NCBI GenBank assembly: GCA_049519175.1
Contig: JBEKQZ010000001.1
Coordinates: forward strand, 335,679-399,678
Source: Candidatus Levyibacteriota bacterium
GTDB taxonomy: Bacteria; Patescibacteriota; Microgenomatia; Levybacterales; UBA12049
Direction: 5' to 3'
DNA length: 64,000 nucleotides
Position 1 is the first letter of the stretch; the number at the start of each line of letters is the position of its first letter. The position numbers and the translations under genes are program-made. Below the pieces are notes generated by a model. It ran no database searches, had not been told where the DNA came from, and saw only the letters and a program-made list of their open reading frames with translations. Below are positions 42,698 through 51,893 of the stretch, in pieces.

Positions 42698-43974
42698 AAG
42701 ATTTTTTTACCGGTTAAAATTTTCCGTACTTCAAGCATCGCCGAATAAGTCGGCAAAATATAGAGTGTTTCATTTGGGTTCAGTTTTGCCGTTGCTATGT
42801 AAATTGCATCTTCAAGATTTTCAAATATTTCGTATTTTTGAGTTTCCAGGGAATATTTAATTCTTAAAGCCAAATCATAAACCCGGTCGCCCGCAAGATA
42901 TAAATTCATACTTTTTTTAATTAAAGTTTCAAAATCAATATCCCAAATCCAGGAAACGTCAGTGCCGTCGGGAATCCGGTCGTTTAGAATAATTAGTAAA
43001 TTATTAGCGTCTTTTTCAGCGATTGCCCGCAAGGATTCATTAAAACTGGTGGGGTTCTTAGAAAGGAAGAGCTGAATATTTTTGCCGGCAATTTTAAGCA
43101 GTTCCTGCCTCCCAAACGCGGGCTGAAATTTTTTCAGACCTTGATTGACTTGTTCTTTCGTGAGTCCAATTAATTTAGCTACTAAAGCAGCGGCTTGAAT
43201 ATCATAAATTGCATAAGTACCGCTCAGTGGTAAAAAGATATCGTTTTGTATTTCACGTTCCGGTCTTTTTAGTCCGCAGCTTAAACAGCTCCAATCGCCG
43301 AGATGCGAAAAATAATGAGTTGCAAAAGTTAATCTTTTTCCGCATTTCGGACAAAGAATTGAGTCGGCTGCGTGTTCTTCAACGTTATTTCCTTTAGAAT
43401 TTAATCCAAAATAATGCGTGTTTTTTAAACCATCACCTAAATATGCAATTTGCGGGTCATCGGCATTTAAAATAAACAGTGCTTTAGTTAGTTTTGTATA
43501 AGCTTCTTTCCATTTTTTAGCAATCGTATCGATTTCACCGTAGCGGTCAAGCTGATCACGGAAAAGATTCAAAGCAATAATATAATCTGGTTCAATAGTC
43601 TTAGTAATTTGTGGCAAAGTATTCTCATCAACTTCAAAAATAGCGAAATCTTCGCTTAAATTTCCTTGCAGATTACTACTTACAATAAGCGCTGAAGCAA
43701 TACCGTTTAAGAGATTTGCTCCAGAAGAGTTTAGCGTAACTCTCTTACTGTTAGTTTCTAAAATGGTTTGTAATAGTTTAGCTGTCGTTGTTTTACCGTT
43801 GGTTCCCGTTATTAAAATCACTTTTGTGTCTGAGTTATTTAATAATTGATTAATAAAATGCGGATTTAATTTTAAAGCGATGTGTCCCGGCCAAGTCGAA
43901 CCATGTCCGAGATTCAGAGCTTTACTGATGTTGGAAATTATTTTGCAAAAAAAAATAATGAGAGAATTTAACAT
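42694..43974 (-). CDS. murT: MurT ligase subunit of the lipid II amidotransferase
   Basis: GTNGKTTT, N..GAN, FRDQLDRYGE, CPKC..C..C zinc finger, D.SWIWD. Confidence 0.9.
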   Translation of the reverse strand: MLNSLIIFFCKIISNISKALNLGHGSTWPGHIALKLNPHFINQLLNNSDTKVILITGTNGKTTTAKLLQTILETNSKRVTLNSSGANLLNGIASALIVSSNLQGNLSEDFAIFEVDENTLPQITKTIEPDYIIALNLFRDQLDRYGEIDTIAKKWKEAYTKLTKALFILNADDPQIAYLGDGLKNTHYFGLNSKGNNVEEHAADSILCPKCGKRLTFATHYFSHLGDWSCLSCGLKRPEREIQNDIFLPLSGTYAIYDIQAAALVAKLIGLTKEQVNQGLKKFQPAFGRQELLKIAGKNIQLFLSKNPTSFNESLRAIAEKDANNLLIILNDRIPDGTDVSWIWDIDFETLIKKSMNLYLAGDRVYDLALRIKYSLETQKYEIFENLEDAIYIATAKLNPNETLYILPTYSAMLEVRKILTGKKIL

Positions 43975-44012
43975 AAATTTATCCTTCGATTTGACTCAAG
44001 ATGATGCTCGCA

Positions 44013-44915
44013 TCACATCGAGCGTAGGATTTTAATGCGTTCTGCAATCGGAGGGTGGGTATCAAAAAGCGAAGTAAACATTTGCTTGGTGTTTTTCCCT
44101 TTAAACGGGTTAACAATAAATAGATGCGCAGTGGCATTGCTGGCACTTTTTAAACTGTGCGGATCTTTAGAAATTTTTTCTAGAGCACTAGCTAAAGCTT
44201 CCGGATATCTGGTTAGTAAAACTCCCGAAGCGTCTGCTAACAGCTCCCGTTTTCGGGAAACCGCCAACTGAATTAAAGTTGCCACCACGGGCGAAAGAAT
44301 TGCCAGAACAATGCCAATAATCAAAAATATTATTTGGAGATTATTATTTCTATCTTCTCTGTCGCCGCCAATTCCGCCCCACCAAAGTTGCGTCATAAAA
44401 AGATTTGCCAGAATAGCAATAAAGCCAACCAGCACCGCCACAATTCCCATTAGCCGGATGTCGAAATTTCTGATATGCGAAAGTTCGTGGGCGATTACTC
44501 CTTCAAGTTCGCTTTTGTCCAAAAGCGGCAAAATTCCGCTGGTGACACAAACAATGGCGTGCTGTGGATCTCTTCCGGTTGCAAAAGCGTTTGGAGACGG
44601 GTCATCGATAATATAAATTTTGGGTATTGGTAAACCATCACCAATACAAAGATTTTCTACAGTGCGGAAGAGTTCTGGGTTATCGGATTTCTTAATTGGT
44701 TTAGCTCCCGATGTCGCTAATACAATTTTGTCCGAATAGTAATAACTACCGATGCTCATAATTCCCGCCAGAACCAAGGCGATGCCAACAAAACCCAAAC
44801 CATAACCTAAGGCGTTGCTAAAAACGTAAACGACGGTGGTGATTACCAACACAAACAAGACCATTATTAACCATGTTTTATTCTTATTGGCCGAAATAGC
44901 GGAATAAATGTTCAT
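44013..44915 (-). CDS. htpX: M48 zinc metalloprotease HtpX
   Basis: PNAFATG, HELSH, SR.RE..AD, THPP. Confidence 0.93.
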   Translation of the reverse strand: MNIYSAISANKNKTWLIMVLFVLVITTVVYVFSNALGYGLGFVGIALVLAGIMSIGSYYYSDKIVLATSGAKPIKKSDNPELFRTVENLCIGDGLPIPKIYIIDDPSPNAFATGRDPQHAIVCVTSGILPLLDKSELEGVIAHELSHIRNFDIRLMGIVAVLVGFIAILANLFMTQLWWGGIGGDREDRNNNLQIIFLIIGIVLAILSPVVATLIQLAVSRKRELLADASGVLLTRYPEALASALEKISKDPHSLKSASNATAHLFIVNPFKGKNTKQMFTSLFDTHPPIAERIKILRSM

Positions 44916-44918
44916 AGT

Positions 44919-45470
44919 CTAGAAACTAACCTTGACGGGCTTTTTTTCTTCATCGGTCGTTCCAAAAAACTCTGCTTCCTGAAAATTTAAGATCTTGGCA
45001 AAAAGCATGTTCGGAAAAACTTTAAGCTTGGCATTGTAGTTTAAGACAATGCTGTTGTAGAACTGTCTGGCGTAAGCAATTTTATTTTCCGTATCGGAAA
45101 TCTCTTCCTGCAGTTCCATGAAATTCTGGCTGGCTTTCAAGTCAGGATAGGCTTCCGCGACAGCGAAAATTGATTTCAATGTTTGACTAAGTTTATTATT
45201 CGCTTCTGCTTTTTCCGCCGGACCTTTGGCCGAAACAAGACTGGCACGCGCCTCTGTTACTTTTTCAAACAGTTCCTTTTCATGTTTAGCATATCCTTTA
45301 ACTGTTGCAACCAAATTAGGAATTAAATCGGTTCTGCGTTTGAGCTGGACATCAATTTGCGACAAAGCTTCGGACACCCGCATTTTGGCCACGATAATAC
45401 TGTTATACAAATACCAGGTAAAAGCACCAATTATTAAAACGACTGCCAGTAAAATTAATGTGCTGTTCAT
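44919..45470 (-). CDS. lemA: LemA family protein
   Basis: YN, QLKRR.DLIPNL, EAYPDLKA, ARQFYN. Confidence 0.95.
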   Translation of the reverse strand: MNSTLILLAVVLIIGAFTWYLYNSIIVAKMRVSEALSQIDVQLKRRTDLIPNLVATVKGYAKHEKELFEKVTEARASLVSAKGPAEKAEANNKLSQTLKSIFAVAEAYPDLKASQNFMELQEEISDTENKIAYARQFYNSIVLNYNAKLKVFPNMLFAKILNFQEAEFFGTTDEEKKPVKVSF

Positions 45471-45486
45471 TTACGACACCTCCTTT

Positions 45487-47256
45487 CTATTTTTGTAACC
45501 ATTCTAGAAATTCATTATACGATAATGTATTTAAGATGTCATTATTTGTCGCCCAACCGCGTCTAGCCATTGCGACCCCATATTTCATTAATCCCATTTG
45601 CCAAATGGCGTGGCTATCCGTGTCAATCACCATTTTTACACCGGCAGAAACTGCTAGTCTGATGATTGAATCAGGAAGATCGAGGCGCTCCGGCCAACTA
45701 TTAATTTCTAAAGCTTTATTATTCTGTTTACAAAATTCAAATATCTTTTCCCAATCAAGTTCATATCCGGACCTCTCGTTTAAGAGTCTGCCTGTCGGAT
45801 GGGCGAGAATTTTTGCTTTCGGGTGAGATAATCCGGCAATTATTCTTTTGGTCATTTCATCACGGTACAAATTAAAAACGCTATGGACAGCAACAATTGT
45901 TCCGTCTAAAATGTCTAGACATCTATTGTCAATTGCCAAATCTCCATTGGGTAAGATATCTGTTTCGAGTAATTTAAATATGCGAACATTTTTTATATCT
46001 GATTTTAGTTGTTCAATTTTTTCATCGCGTTTTTGTAAGATTTCGTATATTTTTTCAGGAGTGTGTTTTGCTTGACTTGGATTGTGTTCGGAAAAACCAA
46101 TATATTCATAGCCTAACTCGTTGGCTTTGGCTAAGATTTCGGAAAAATTATTTTTGCCCAGATCGTGACTTGGTTCAATTGGATAGTTTGAATGCAAGTG
46201 CAAGTCGCCTTTAATATTTTTTAGTTCAATCAATTTCGGTAGCCGGTTGTCTTGTGCCGCTTCAATTTCGCCCAAATCCTCACGGATTTCCGGCGGAATC
46301 CAAGGTAAACCGATTGCCTGATAAAATTTTTCCTCCGTGGCGAAAGCTTTAGTTGGTTGACCTTTCTCTTTTAGATATTTAATTCCGTATTCGGATAGCG
46401 AAAGTCCTTTTTTTAAAGCTAATTCCCTTAAATGAACGTTGTGGTTTTTGCTGCCGGTAAAATGTTGCAGAAGCGAGCCAAAGCGCTCCGGTGGCTGGAC
46501 TAAAAGGTCAATTTGTTTACCGCCGGAGGTTAAAATTGAAGAAGAAACATCACCCTTTTCGATTATTCTTTCCATGTAAGGATAAGCGGTGAAATGTTTA
46601 AGCACCGCTTTCGGATTACTAGAAGCTACGGCTAAATCAATATCGCCGATTGTCGCGACCTGTCTTCGTAAACTTCCTAACGGCTCAATCTTGACGACGT
46701 CGGAACAAGTCTGCATATGAGCGACGATTTTATCAGCAACTTCTTGAGCATATGGTAAAGTCATGCGGGTGGTTTTTCCGGCTCCTTGCCTAAATTCGGC
46801 GATGGCTCGTAGGATATCGGCTTGAGATTTTTCACCAAAGCCTTTGAGAGGCGCAATTTTGTTGTCTTTGGCTAGCTTCTCCAAGTCATCTAAAACAGTC
46901 GTCGGATTTTTTAACTTGAACTCAGCCGTTAATCGGTAGGCTTTTTTCGGACCAAAAGAGGGAACATCAAGTAGGACAAAAACAGAGAGGGGAATACCTT
47001 TGAGCGCCCATTCAAAATGCGAAACTTTGCCTTTTTCAAACAATTCTTGCAAACGCAACGTCAAAGTCTGTCCGATACCGGGAATATCTACCATTTTTCC
47101 TTCTTTATAGTAATCTTTGACTTCTTTAGTTAAGCTACTAATCGTTTCCGCGGCGTTTTGGTAAGCGACAATTTGAAAATGAAATTTTCGTTCATTTTTA
47201 ATTGTGTAAGCAGCTGCCACGTTTCTTAATAACTTGGCTAATTCTTGATTTGACAT
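45487..47256 (-). CDS. polX: DNA polymerase X with PHP exonuclease domain
   Basis: GSLRR, GDID, FTGSK.HN, LSEYG, DLHLHS, TDSH. Confidence 0.93.
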   Translation of the reverse strand: MSNQELAKLLRNVAAAYTIKNERKFHFQIVAYQNAAETISSLTKEVKDYYKEGKMVDIPGIGQTLTLRLQELFEKGKVSHFEWALKGIPLSVFVLLDVPSFGPKKAYRLTAEFKLKNPTTVLDDLEKLAKDNKIAPLKGFGEKSQADILRAIAEFRQGAGKTTRMTLPYAQEVADKIVAHMQTCSDVVKIEPLGSLRRQVATIGDIDLAVASSNPKAVLKHFTAYPYMERIIEKGDVSSSILTSGGKQIDLLVQPPERFGSLLQHFTGSKNHNVHLRELALKKGLSLSEYGIKYLKEKGQPTKAFATEEKFYQAIGLPWIPPEIREDLGEIEAAQDNRLPKLIELKNIKGDLHLHSNYPIEPSHDLGKNNFSEILAKANELGYEYIGFSEHNPSQAKHTPEKIYEILQKRDEKIEQLKSDIKNVRIFKLLETDILPNGDLAIDNRCLDILDGTIVAVHSVFNLYRDEMTKRIIAGLSHPKAKILAHPTGRLLNERSGYELDWEKIFEFCKQNNKALEINSWPERLDLPDSIIRLAVSAGVKMVIDTDSHAIWQMGLMKYGVAMARRGWATNNDILNTLSYNEFLEWLQK

Positions 47257-47281
47257 TATTATTATGAAGCATAACAGAGCA

Positions 47282-47310
47282 TTGACTAGATTTCAATAAT
47301 TTGTTAGGAT
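47282..47310 (+). promoter_or_regulatory. Sigma70-like promoter for tRNA-Asp/LysM gene
   Basis: TTGACT-17-TAGGAT with extended TG. Confidence 0.7.
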
Positions 47311-47320
47311 TGAACCGTTT

Positions 47321-47398
47321 GGGGTGGTAGCTCAGTTTGGTTAGAGCGCTTCCCTGTCACGGAAGAGGTCGCGGGTTCGAGTCCCGTTCACCCCGCCA
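47321..47398 (+). tRNA. tRNA-Asp(GTC)
   Basis: GGGGTGG...CTTCC-CTGTCAC-GGAAG...TTCGAGT...TCACCCC-G-CCA. Confidence 0.96.
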
Positions 47399-47441
47399 AA
47401 CAAGTTCTGCCCTCAAAATTTCTGCCTGGAAAGGAGTAAAA

Positions 47442-48023
47442 ATGCCAAAAGCGAAAAAAATAAAAACTGCCAAGAAAGAAGGGTTCTTAACGCAAATTAA
47501 ATGGGGAGAATCTTATACTAGTCTTTTTTTGGGAGCGGTGGTAGTAGTTGTTGCGTTAGTTTTAGTTTTTTCATTCATTAAGTCGAGGAACAATCTAAAC
47601 CGTCAACAAACCCAATCGTCCTCGACAGTTGCCAAAGAAGAGGTTAAGGTAATGCCGAAGACCTACACGGTCCAGTCGGGAGACTATCTTTGGTCAATTG
47701 CCGAAAAAATTTATGGATCAGGTTATAACTGGGTTGACTTAGCTAATGCGAATCATTTGCAAAATCCTGGAGTTATATATGCAGGAACAAAATTAGTTGT
47801 TCCGGATGTTGCGCCAAAAATGCTCACTGTTCAAGCTAAACCGGTTCAGGTCCAAAATCCGATTACCGGCGATACATACACGGTTGTTAAAGGCGATTAT
47901 CTTTGGGATATCGCAGTCAGAGCTTACGGAGACGGTTACCAATGGGTTGAAATAGCCAAAACCAATAACTTAACTAATCCTGATCTAATCTTTTCCGGAA
48001 ACGTTCTTCAACTGCCAAGATAG
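47442..48023 (+). CDS. Membrane-anchored protein with two LysM domains
   Basis: TM helix, two YTV..GD.LW.IA...YG repeats; AAGGAG RBS before ATG 47442. Confidence 0.92.
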   Translation: MPKAKKIKTAKKEGFLTQIKWGESYTSLFLGAVVVVVALVLVFSFIKSRNNLNRQQTQSSSTVAKEEVKVMPKTYTVQSGDYLWSIAEKIYGSGYNWVDLANANHLQNPGVIYAGTKLVVPDVAPKMLTVQAKPVQVQNPITGDTYTVVKGDYLWDIAVRAYGDGYQWVEIAKTNNLTNPDLIFSGNVLQLPR

Positions 48024-48065
48024 TTCTAGCTCAAATTGTTGTATAATTAACGCAAGAGTAATTTT

Positions 48066-48136
48066 GCGGGATTAGTACAATGGTAGTATGCTACCTTCCC
48101 AAGGTGGAGACGCGAGTTCGATTCTCGTATCCCGCT
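48066..48136 (+). tRNA. tRNA-Gly(CCC), CCA not encoded
   Basis: GCGGGAT...CTACC-TTCCCAA-GGTGG...TTCGATT...ATCCCGC-T. Confidence 0.93.
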
Positions 48137-48180
48137 CTGAAGGTCTGTCGCGTTTAACGCGATCTGCCACTCAAAGATTT

Positions 48181-48552
48181 ATGTATCACGGAATTATTCT
48201 TGACGCTGAATTTAAAGATCCTTTGTTTCCTGAAGGATTTAAAGTCTTTGCAAAAAAGAAAAGTAGCACTAGCTCTTGGATTCTATATGGAATAGAAGTA
48301 AACGATAAGGATGTTAACGAAGTAATTTCTGATATTCAGGATAATATAAAAAGCAACGAACCATATTATGCACATTTATATAACGACGAAGAAGTAATAG
48401 TTATTTTTAAAAAGAGAGTTTTTCATGTCAAATCACATAATTCTACATGGATGCCAATAATAGAGTTTGGAAGAACATTAAATATTCCTGACGAGCAATT
48501 AGACTTTTGGCCAAACAGGTTTCAAGATGAAGTTCACTATTTCAAGAGTTAA
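48181..48552 (+). CDS. Hypothetical protein
   Basis: 123-aa ORF from ATG 48181 (YYAH, IP.EQLDF); the longer ORF overlaps the tRNA. Confidence 0.7.
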   Translation: MYHGIILDAEFKDPLFPEGFKVFAKKKSSTSSWILYGIEVNDKDVNEVISDIQDNIKSNEPYYAHLYNDEEVIVIFKKRVFHVKSHNSTWMPIIEFGRTLNIPDEQLDFWPNRFQDEVHYFKS

Positions 48553-48593
48553 GTTCTTATTGACGGAATCGGAAAGGTTTGATAATATAAGTC

Positions 48594-50312
48594 GTGCCCG
48601 CAAGAAGTTCTAAATCGCAATCTACAAAATACATCTTTGTCTCCGGAGGAGTCATTTCCGGTATCGGTAAAGGCACCACCTCCGCTTCAATTGCGCTTTT
48701 GTTGAAAGCCGCCGGTTACAGAGTGGCCCCGCTAAAATTTGAAAATTATCTTAATCTAGATGCCGGAACCATTAATCCGATTGAACATGGCGATCCGTTT
48801 TTGTGTGATGACGGTACCGAAGCGGACATGGACATCGGCAGTTACGAAAAGTTTTTAAACGAAGACATGGGCAAAGATAATTTTGTCACCATGGGTAATA
48901 TTTACCAAACAGTCATTGACCGCGAAAGACGTTTTGAATATAACGGTGAAGATGTAGAAGCTATTCCTTACATTACGGACGAAATTATCAGCCGGATTGA
49001 AAATTTGGGACGCAAAAAAGACGCCGATATCGTAATGATAGAGTTAGGCGGAACCGCCGGCGAATATCAAAATGTTTTTTACTACGAAGCATCCCGCATG
49101 ATGACACTGAAAAAACCAAATGATGTTTTACATGTTCACGTTACTTATGTACCAACGCCCGGACATCTTGGTGAACCAAAAACCAAACCGGCGCAACTTT
49201 CAGTTAGAACTTTAAACTCAATGGGAATTCAGCCGGATTTCGTTGTTACCCGCGGCGAAAAATATCTGGACCAGCGAAGAAAAGATAGGTTGGCGCTTTT
49301 TTGCAATATGCATAAGGAAGACGTCATTTCCAACCCGGATTTACCGTCGGTTTACGAAATTCCGATGGTTTTACATCAGCAGGAATTGGAAACAAAAATT
49401 ATGACAAAACTTGGTCTGCCGATTAAAAAAGCTGTCCTTAAACCTTGGCAGGAATTTGTCGACAGCACCAAGAATACTAAAAATACGGTGGAAATTGCGA
49501 TTGTCGGTAAGTATTTTGGCACGGGTGAATATCAATTGCGTGATTCTTACGCGGCACTGTTTGATGCAATTGATCATGCCGCTTGGGCACAGGGAGTTCA
49601 CGTTATCACCAAATGGGTTGACGCCGAAAAAGTCGAATCAGCCATCGCTAAAGCTTTGGCCGACAAGAAAGAAGTCACAGATGGTGTTCGTGAAATAATT
49701 GGAGATGTAGCCGGCATTATTGTGCCAATCGGTTGGGGAGAGCGAGGCGCGGAAGGGATGATTGCCGCCGCTTCTTATGCCCGAGTCAACAAAATTCCTT
49801 ATTTAGGACTTTGTTATGGCATGCAGCTGGCAGTAATTGCTTTTGCCCGGGATGTACTTGGTTTTAAAGACGCCAACACTGAGGAAAACGACAAAAAAAC
49901 CAAACATCCGGTAATTCATTTTATCCCCAGTCAAAAAGAATTAGTTAAACATCGTGCTTATGGTGGAACAATGCGACTGGGTGGCTGGGATGCAAAAATA
50001 AAAGTTGGCACCAGGGCATTTGAAATTTATCAGAGACATCACGATTTTAAAAATGCCGAAAAGGGGATTACCAGTGAACGGCACAGACACAGATATGAAT
50101 TTAATGATGATTTTGCCAAAGATTTTGAAAAACACGGGATGATAATCTCTGCCCGCTCCGTCATCGAAAATTTGGCTGAGATTGTCGAGCTACCAAAAGC
50201 AATACATCCATTTTATTTAGGCACTCAAGGACATCCGGAATACAAAAGCCGACCGCTTCATCCCCATCCAATCTTTTTGGAGTTTATAAAAGCCTGTAAA
50301 AATAATTCTTGA
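48594..50312 (+). CDS. pyrG: CTP synthase
   Basis: GGV.SGIGKG, KTKP.Q, GLCYGMQ, ERHRHRYE, HPE. Confidence 0.97.
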   Translation: MPARSSKSQSTKYIFVSGGVISGIGKGTTSASIALLLKAAGYRVAPLKFENYLNLDAGTINPIEHGDPFLCDDGTEADMDIGSYEKFLNEDMGKDNFVTMGNIYQTVIDRERRFEYNGEDVEAIPYITDEIISRIENLGRKKDADIVMIELGGTAGEYQNVFYYEASRMMTLKKPNDVLHVHVTYVPTPGHLGEPKTKPAQLSVRTLNSMGIQPDFVVTRGEKYLDQRRKDRLALFCNMHKEDVISNPDLPSVYEIPMVLHQQELETKIMTKLGLPIKKAVLKPWQEFVDSTKNTKNTVEIAIVGKYFGTGEYQLRDSYAALFDAIDHAAWAQGVHVITKWVDAEKVESAIAKALADKKEVTDGVREIIGDVAGIIVPIGWGERGAEGMIAAASYARVNKIPYLGLCYGMQLAVIAFARDVLGFKDANTEENDKKTKHPVIHFIPSQKELVKHRAYGGTMRLGGWDAKIKVGTRAFEIYQRHHDFKNAEKGITSERHRHRYEFNDDFAKDFEKHGMIISARSVIENLAEIVELPKAIHPFYLGTQGHPEYKSRPLHPHPIFLEFIKACKNNS

Positions 50313-50345
50313 GTAATTCCCAAAAGTAAGTTATAATAATTAGCT

Positions 50346-50630
50346 ATGATTTCAACTATTGATTTTGTTCCGGGAGACGTCGTTAAAGTTTATCAAAAAA
50401 TTCAGGAGGGTGAAAAATCCAGAACGCAGATTTTTGAAGGTGTTGTTTTAGCAATTAAAGGCCGCGGGGAAAATAAAATGTTCACTGTTAGGAAATTAGT
50501 TGGTGATGTCGCAGTCGAAAGAATTTTTCCCATTGGTTCCCCAAGTATCGAAAAAGTTGCTGTTAAAGCTCATTCCAAAAATACAGTCCGCAGAGCTAAA
50601 CTTTATTACTTAAGAGATCTACAAAAATAA
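50346..50630 (+). CDS. rplS: 50S ribosomal protein L19
   Basis: PGD.V.V, R.Q.FEG, VER.FP, VRRAKLYYLR. Confidence 0.96.
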   Translation: MISTIDFVPGDVVKVYQKIQEGEKSRTQIFEGVVLAIKGRGENKMFTVRKLVGDVAVERIFPIGSPSIEKVAVKAHSKNTVRRAKLYYLRDLQK

Positions 50631-50633
50631 TCA

Positions 50634-50996
50634 ATGTTTATTCCCAGTCCGACTGCCAGACTTGGAGAAGAAATCGCTTCCAAATTCCTCGCTAAAAAGG
50701 GTTACCAAATTATTGACCGGAATTTCCGTAAAGGATACGGTGAGATTGATATCGTCGCAACTTATCAAAACATTTTAGTCTTCGTAGAAGTTAAAACCAG
50801 GACAACCGGTCTTTACGGTGGTGCCATCGAAGCGATTAGCTACTCAAAACTAAAAAAACTCACCAGAACTTGTGAATATTACAAAATGCTTCATCCCAAA
50901 CTTCCACAAGCTTTAAGAATTGATGCAATTTTAATCGATTTGGAAAACGGGGAACCCAAAAACATCGAGCATATTGAAAACATCAGCGGATTTTAA
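50634..50996 (+). CDS. yraN: YraN family PD-(D/E)XK endonuclease
   Basis: GE..A..L...GY, GEIDI, FVEVKTR, R.D. Confidence 0.93.
   Translation: MFIPSPTARLGEEIASKFLAKKGYQIIDRNFRKGYGEIDIVATYQNILVFVEVKTRTTGLYGGAIEAISYSKLKKLTRTCEYYKMLHPKLPQALRIDAILIDLENGEPKNIEHIENISGF
50964..50996 (+). repeat. yraN 3' end, functional copy A (IEHIENISGF*)
   Basis: atc gag cat att gaa aac atc agc gga ttt taa. Confidence 0.8.
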
Positions 50997-51002
50997 TAGA
51001 AT
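50974..51002 (+). promoter_or_regulatory. Promoter for nitroreductase; -35 lies inside the yraN 3' end
   Basis: TTGAAA-17-TAGAAT, 6 nt before ATG 51009. Confidence 0.6.
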
Positions 51003-51008
51003 TACTAT

Positions 51009-51530
51009 ATGGAATTTATCAATGTTCTTAAAAATAGGAGGTCAACGCGGAAGTTTTTGGATAAAAAAGTTTCAGGGCAACTAATAAAAGAAGTAATTGA
51101 ATTGGCAAATTCTTCCCCTTCCGCCGGAAATATTCAGGCAAGGTCAATAGTAGTAGTTAAAGACTCAAACATTATCAATGAAATTAAACAATCTGCAAAA
51201 GGATTAATGAATTTCGAAGGAGAAATTCCTCTTCTTTTAGTCATTTTGGCCAAACCGAAGGAATCCGGCGAAAGATATGGAGAGCGCGGAGAAACACTGT
51301 ACGCTTTACAAGATGCCACAATTTTGGCTTCCTACATTCAGCTAGTTGCGGTATCAAGGGGTTTAGCGACTTGTTGGGTTGGATATTTTGAAGAAAAGAA
51401 AGTTTCTCAAATTTTAAAACTGCCTAATAATGTAAGACCGGTTGCGATGATTCCGCTTGGCTATCCATTTGAGAAAGTTCCCGCAAAAGAACGAAAAAAA
51501 TTGAATGAAATTATCCTCAAGGAAGTATAA
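51009..51530 (+). CDS. Nitroreductase family protein
   Basis: RRS.RKF, SPSAGN.Q, GL..CWVG.F, P.GYP. Confidence 0.92.
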   Translation: MEFINVLKNRRSTRKFLDKKVSGQLIKEVIELANSSPSAGNIQARSIVVVKDSNIINEIKQSAKGLMNFEGEIPLLLVILAKPKESGERYGERGETLYALQDATILASYIQLVAVSRGLATCWVGYFEEKKVSQILKLPNNVRPVAMIPLGYPFEKVPAKERKKLNEIILKEV

Positions 51531-51534
51531 GGTA

Positions 51535-51561
51535 TACATCGAAAAGATTTCTGGATTTTAA
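51535..51561 (+). repeat. Diverged remnant of a yraN 3' end, copy B (YIEKISGF*)
   Basis: tac atc gaa aag att tct gga ttt taa; 19/27 nt and 6/8 aa identical to copy A. Confidence 0.7.
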
Positions 51562-51562
51562 G

Positions 51563-51591
51563 TTGACATCCAAATTCATTAGTATTATTAT
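51563..51591 (+). promoter_or_regulatory. Sigma70-like promoter for the 72-aa ORF
   Basis: TTGACA-17-TATTAT immediately after copy B. Confidence 0.7.
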
Positions 51592-51605
51592 TTGTTCACA
51601 AATTC

Positions 51606-51824
51606 ATGAACATAGAAATTTTTGGACATACGATAATTGATACAAGAGAACGTGACGAGTTCGGGAGATTATATAGTCAACCTTTGACAGAAAAAGAAAT
51701 AAGAGCATCTGACCATATTCTTAGAAGAGCGAATCAGGACTATGTTCCACGTCTTAAGGACTTAACTCTGAGAGATAGAATTCAAGAGATACGTGAAGAA
51801 ATTGGTCGTTTGATAAAAAGATAG
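51606..51824 (+). CDS. Small hypothetical protein (72 aa, charged)
   Basis: ORF behind a near-consensus promoter; no recognised family. Confidence 0.6.
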   Translation: MNIEIFGHTIIDTRERDEFGRLYSQPLTEKEIRASDHILRRANQDYVPRLKDLTLRDRIQEIREEIGRLIKR

Positions 51825-51826
51825 CC

Positions 51827-51859
51827 ATTAACCACATCAAAAACATCAGCGGATATTGA
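51827..51859 (+). repeat. Diverged remnant of a yraN 3' end, copy C (INHIKNISGY*)
   Basis: att aac cac atc aaa aac atc agc gga tat tga; 25/33 nt identical to copy A, including exact AAAACATCAGCGGAT. Confidence 0.8.
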
Positions 51860-51884
51860 CTTTGGAGTTAAGCGAACATATACT
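51856..51884 (+). promoter_or_regulatory. Sigma70-like promoter overlapping the stop codon of copy C
   Basis: TTGACT-17-TATACT. Confidence 0.7.
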
Positions 51885-51893
51885 ATTTTCAAT

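Noticed and set aside
47337-47441. N-terminal extension of the LysM ORF
   Set aside because: Overlaps tRNA-Asp; the real start is ATG 47442 with an AAGGAG RBS
48088-48180. N-terminal extension of the 154-aa ORF
   Set aside because: Translated from tRNA-Gly sequence
48066-48600. Prophage or genomic island at tRNA-Gly
   Set aside because: No integrase and no attR copy; pyrG follows within 0.5 kb
50964-51859. yraN-tail repeats as a CRISPR array or integron attC sites
   Set aside because: The intervening segments are whole genes, the repeats are conserved at protein rather than DNA level and are non-palindromic, and no cas or intI gene is present
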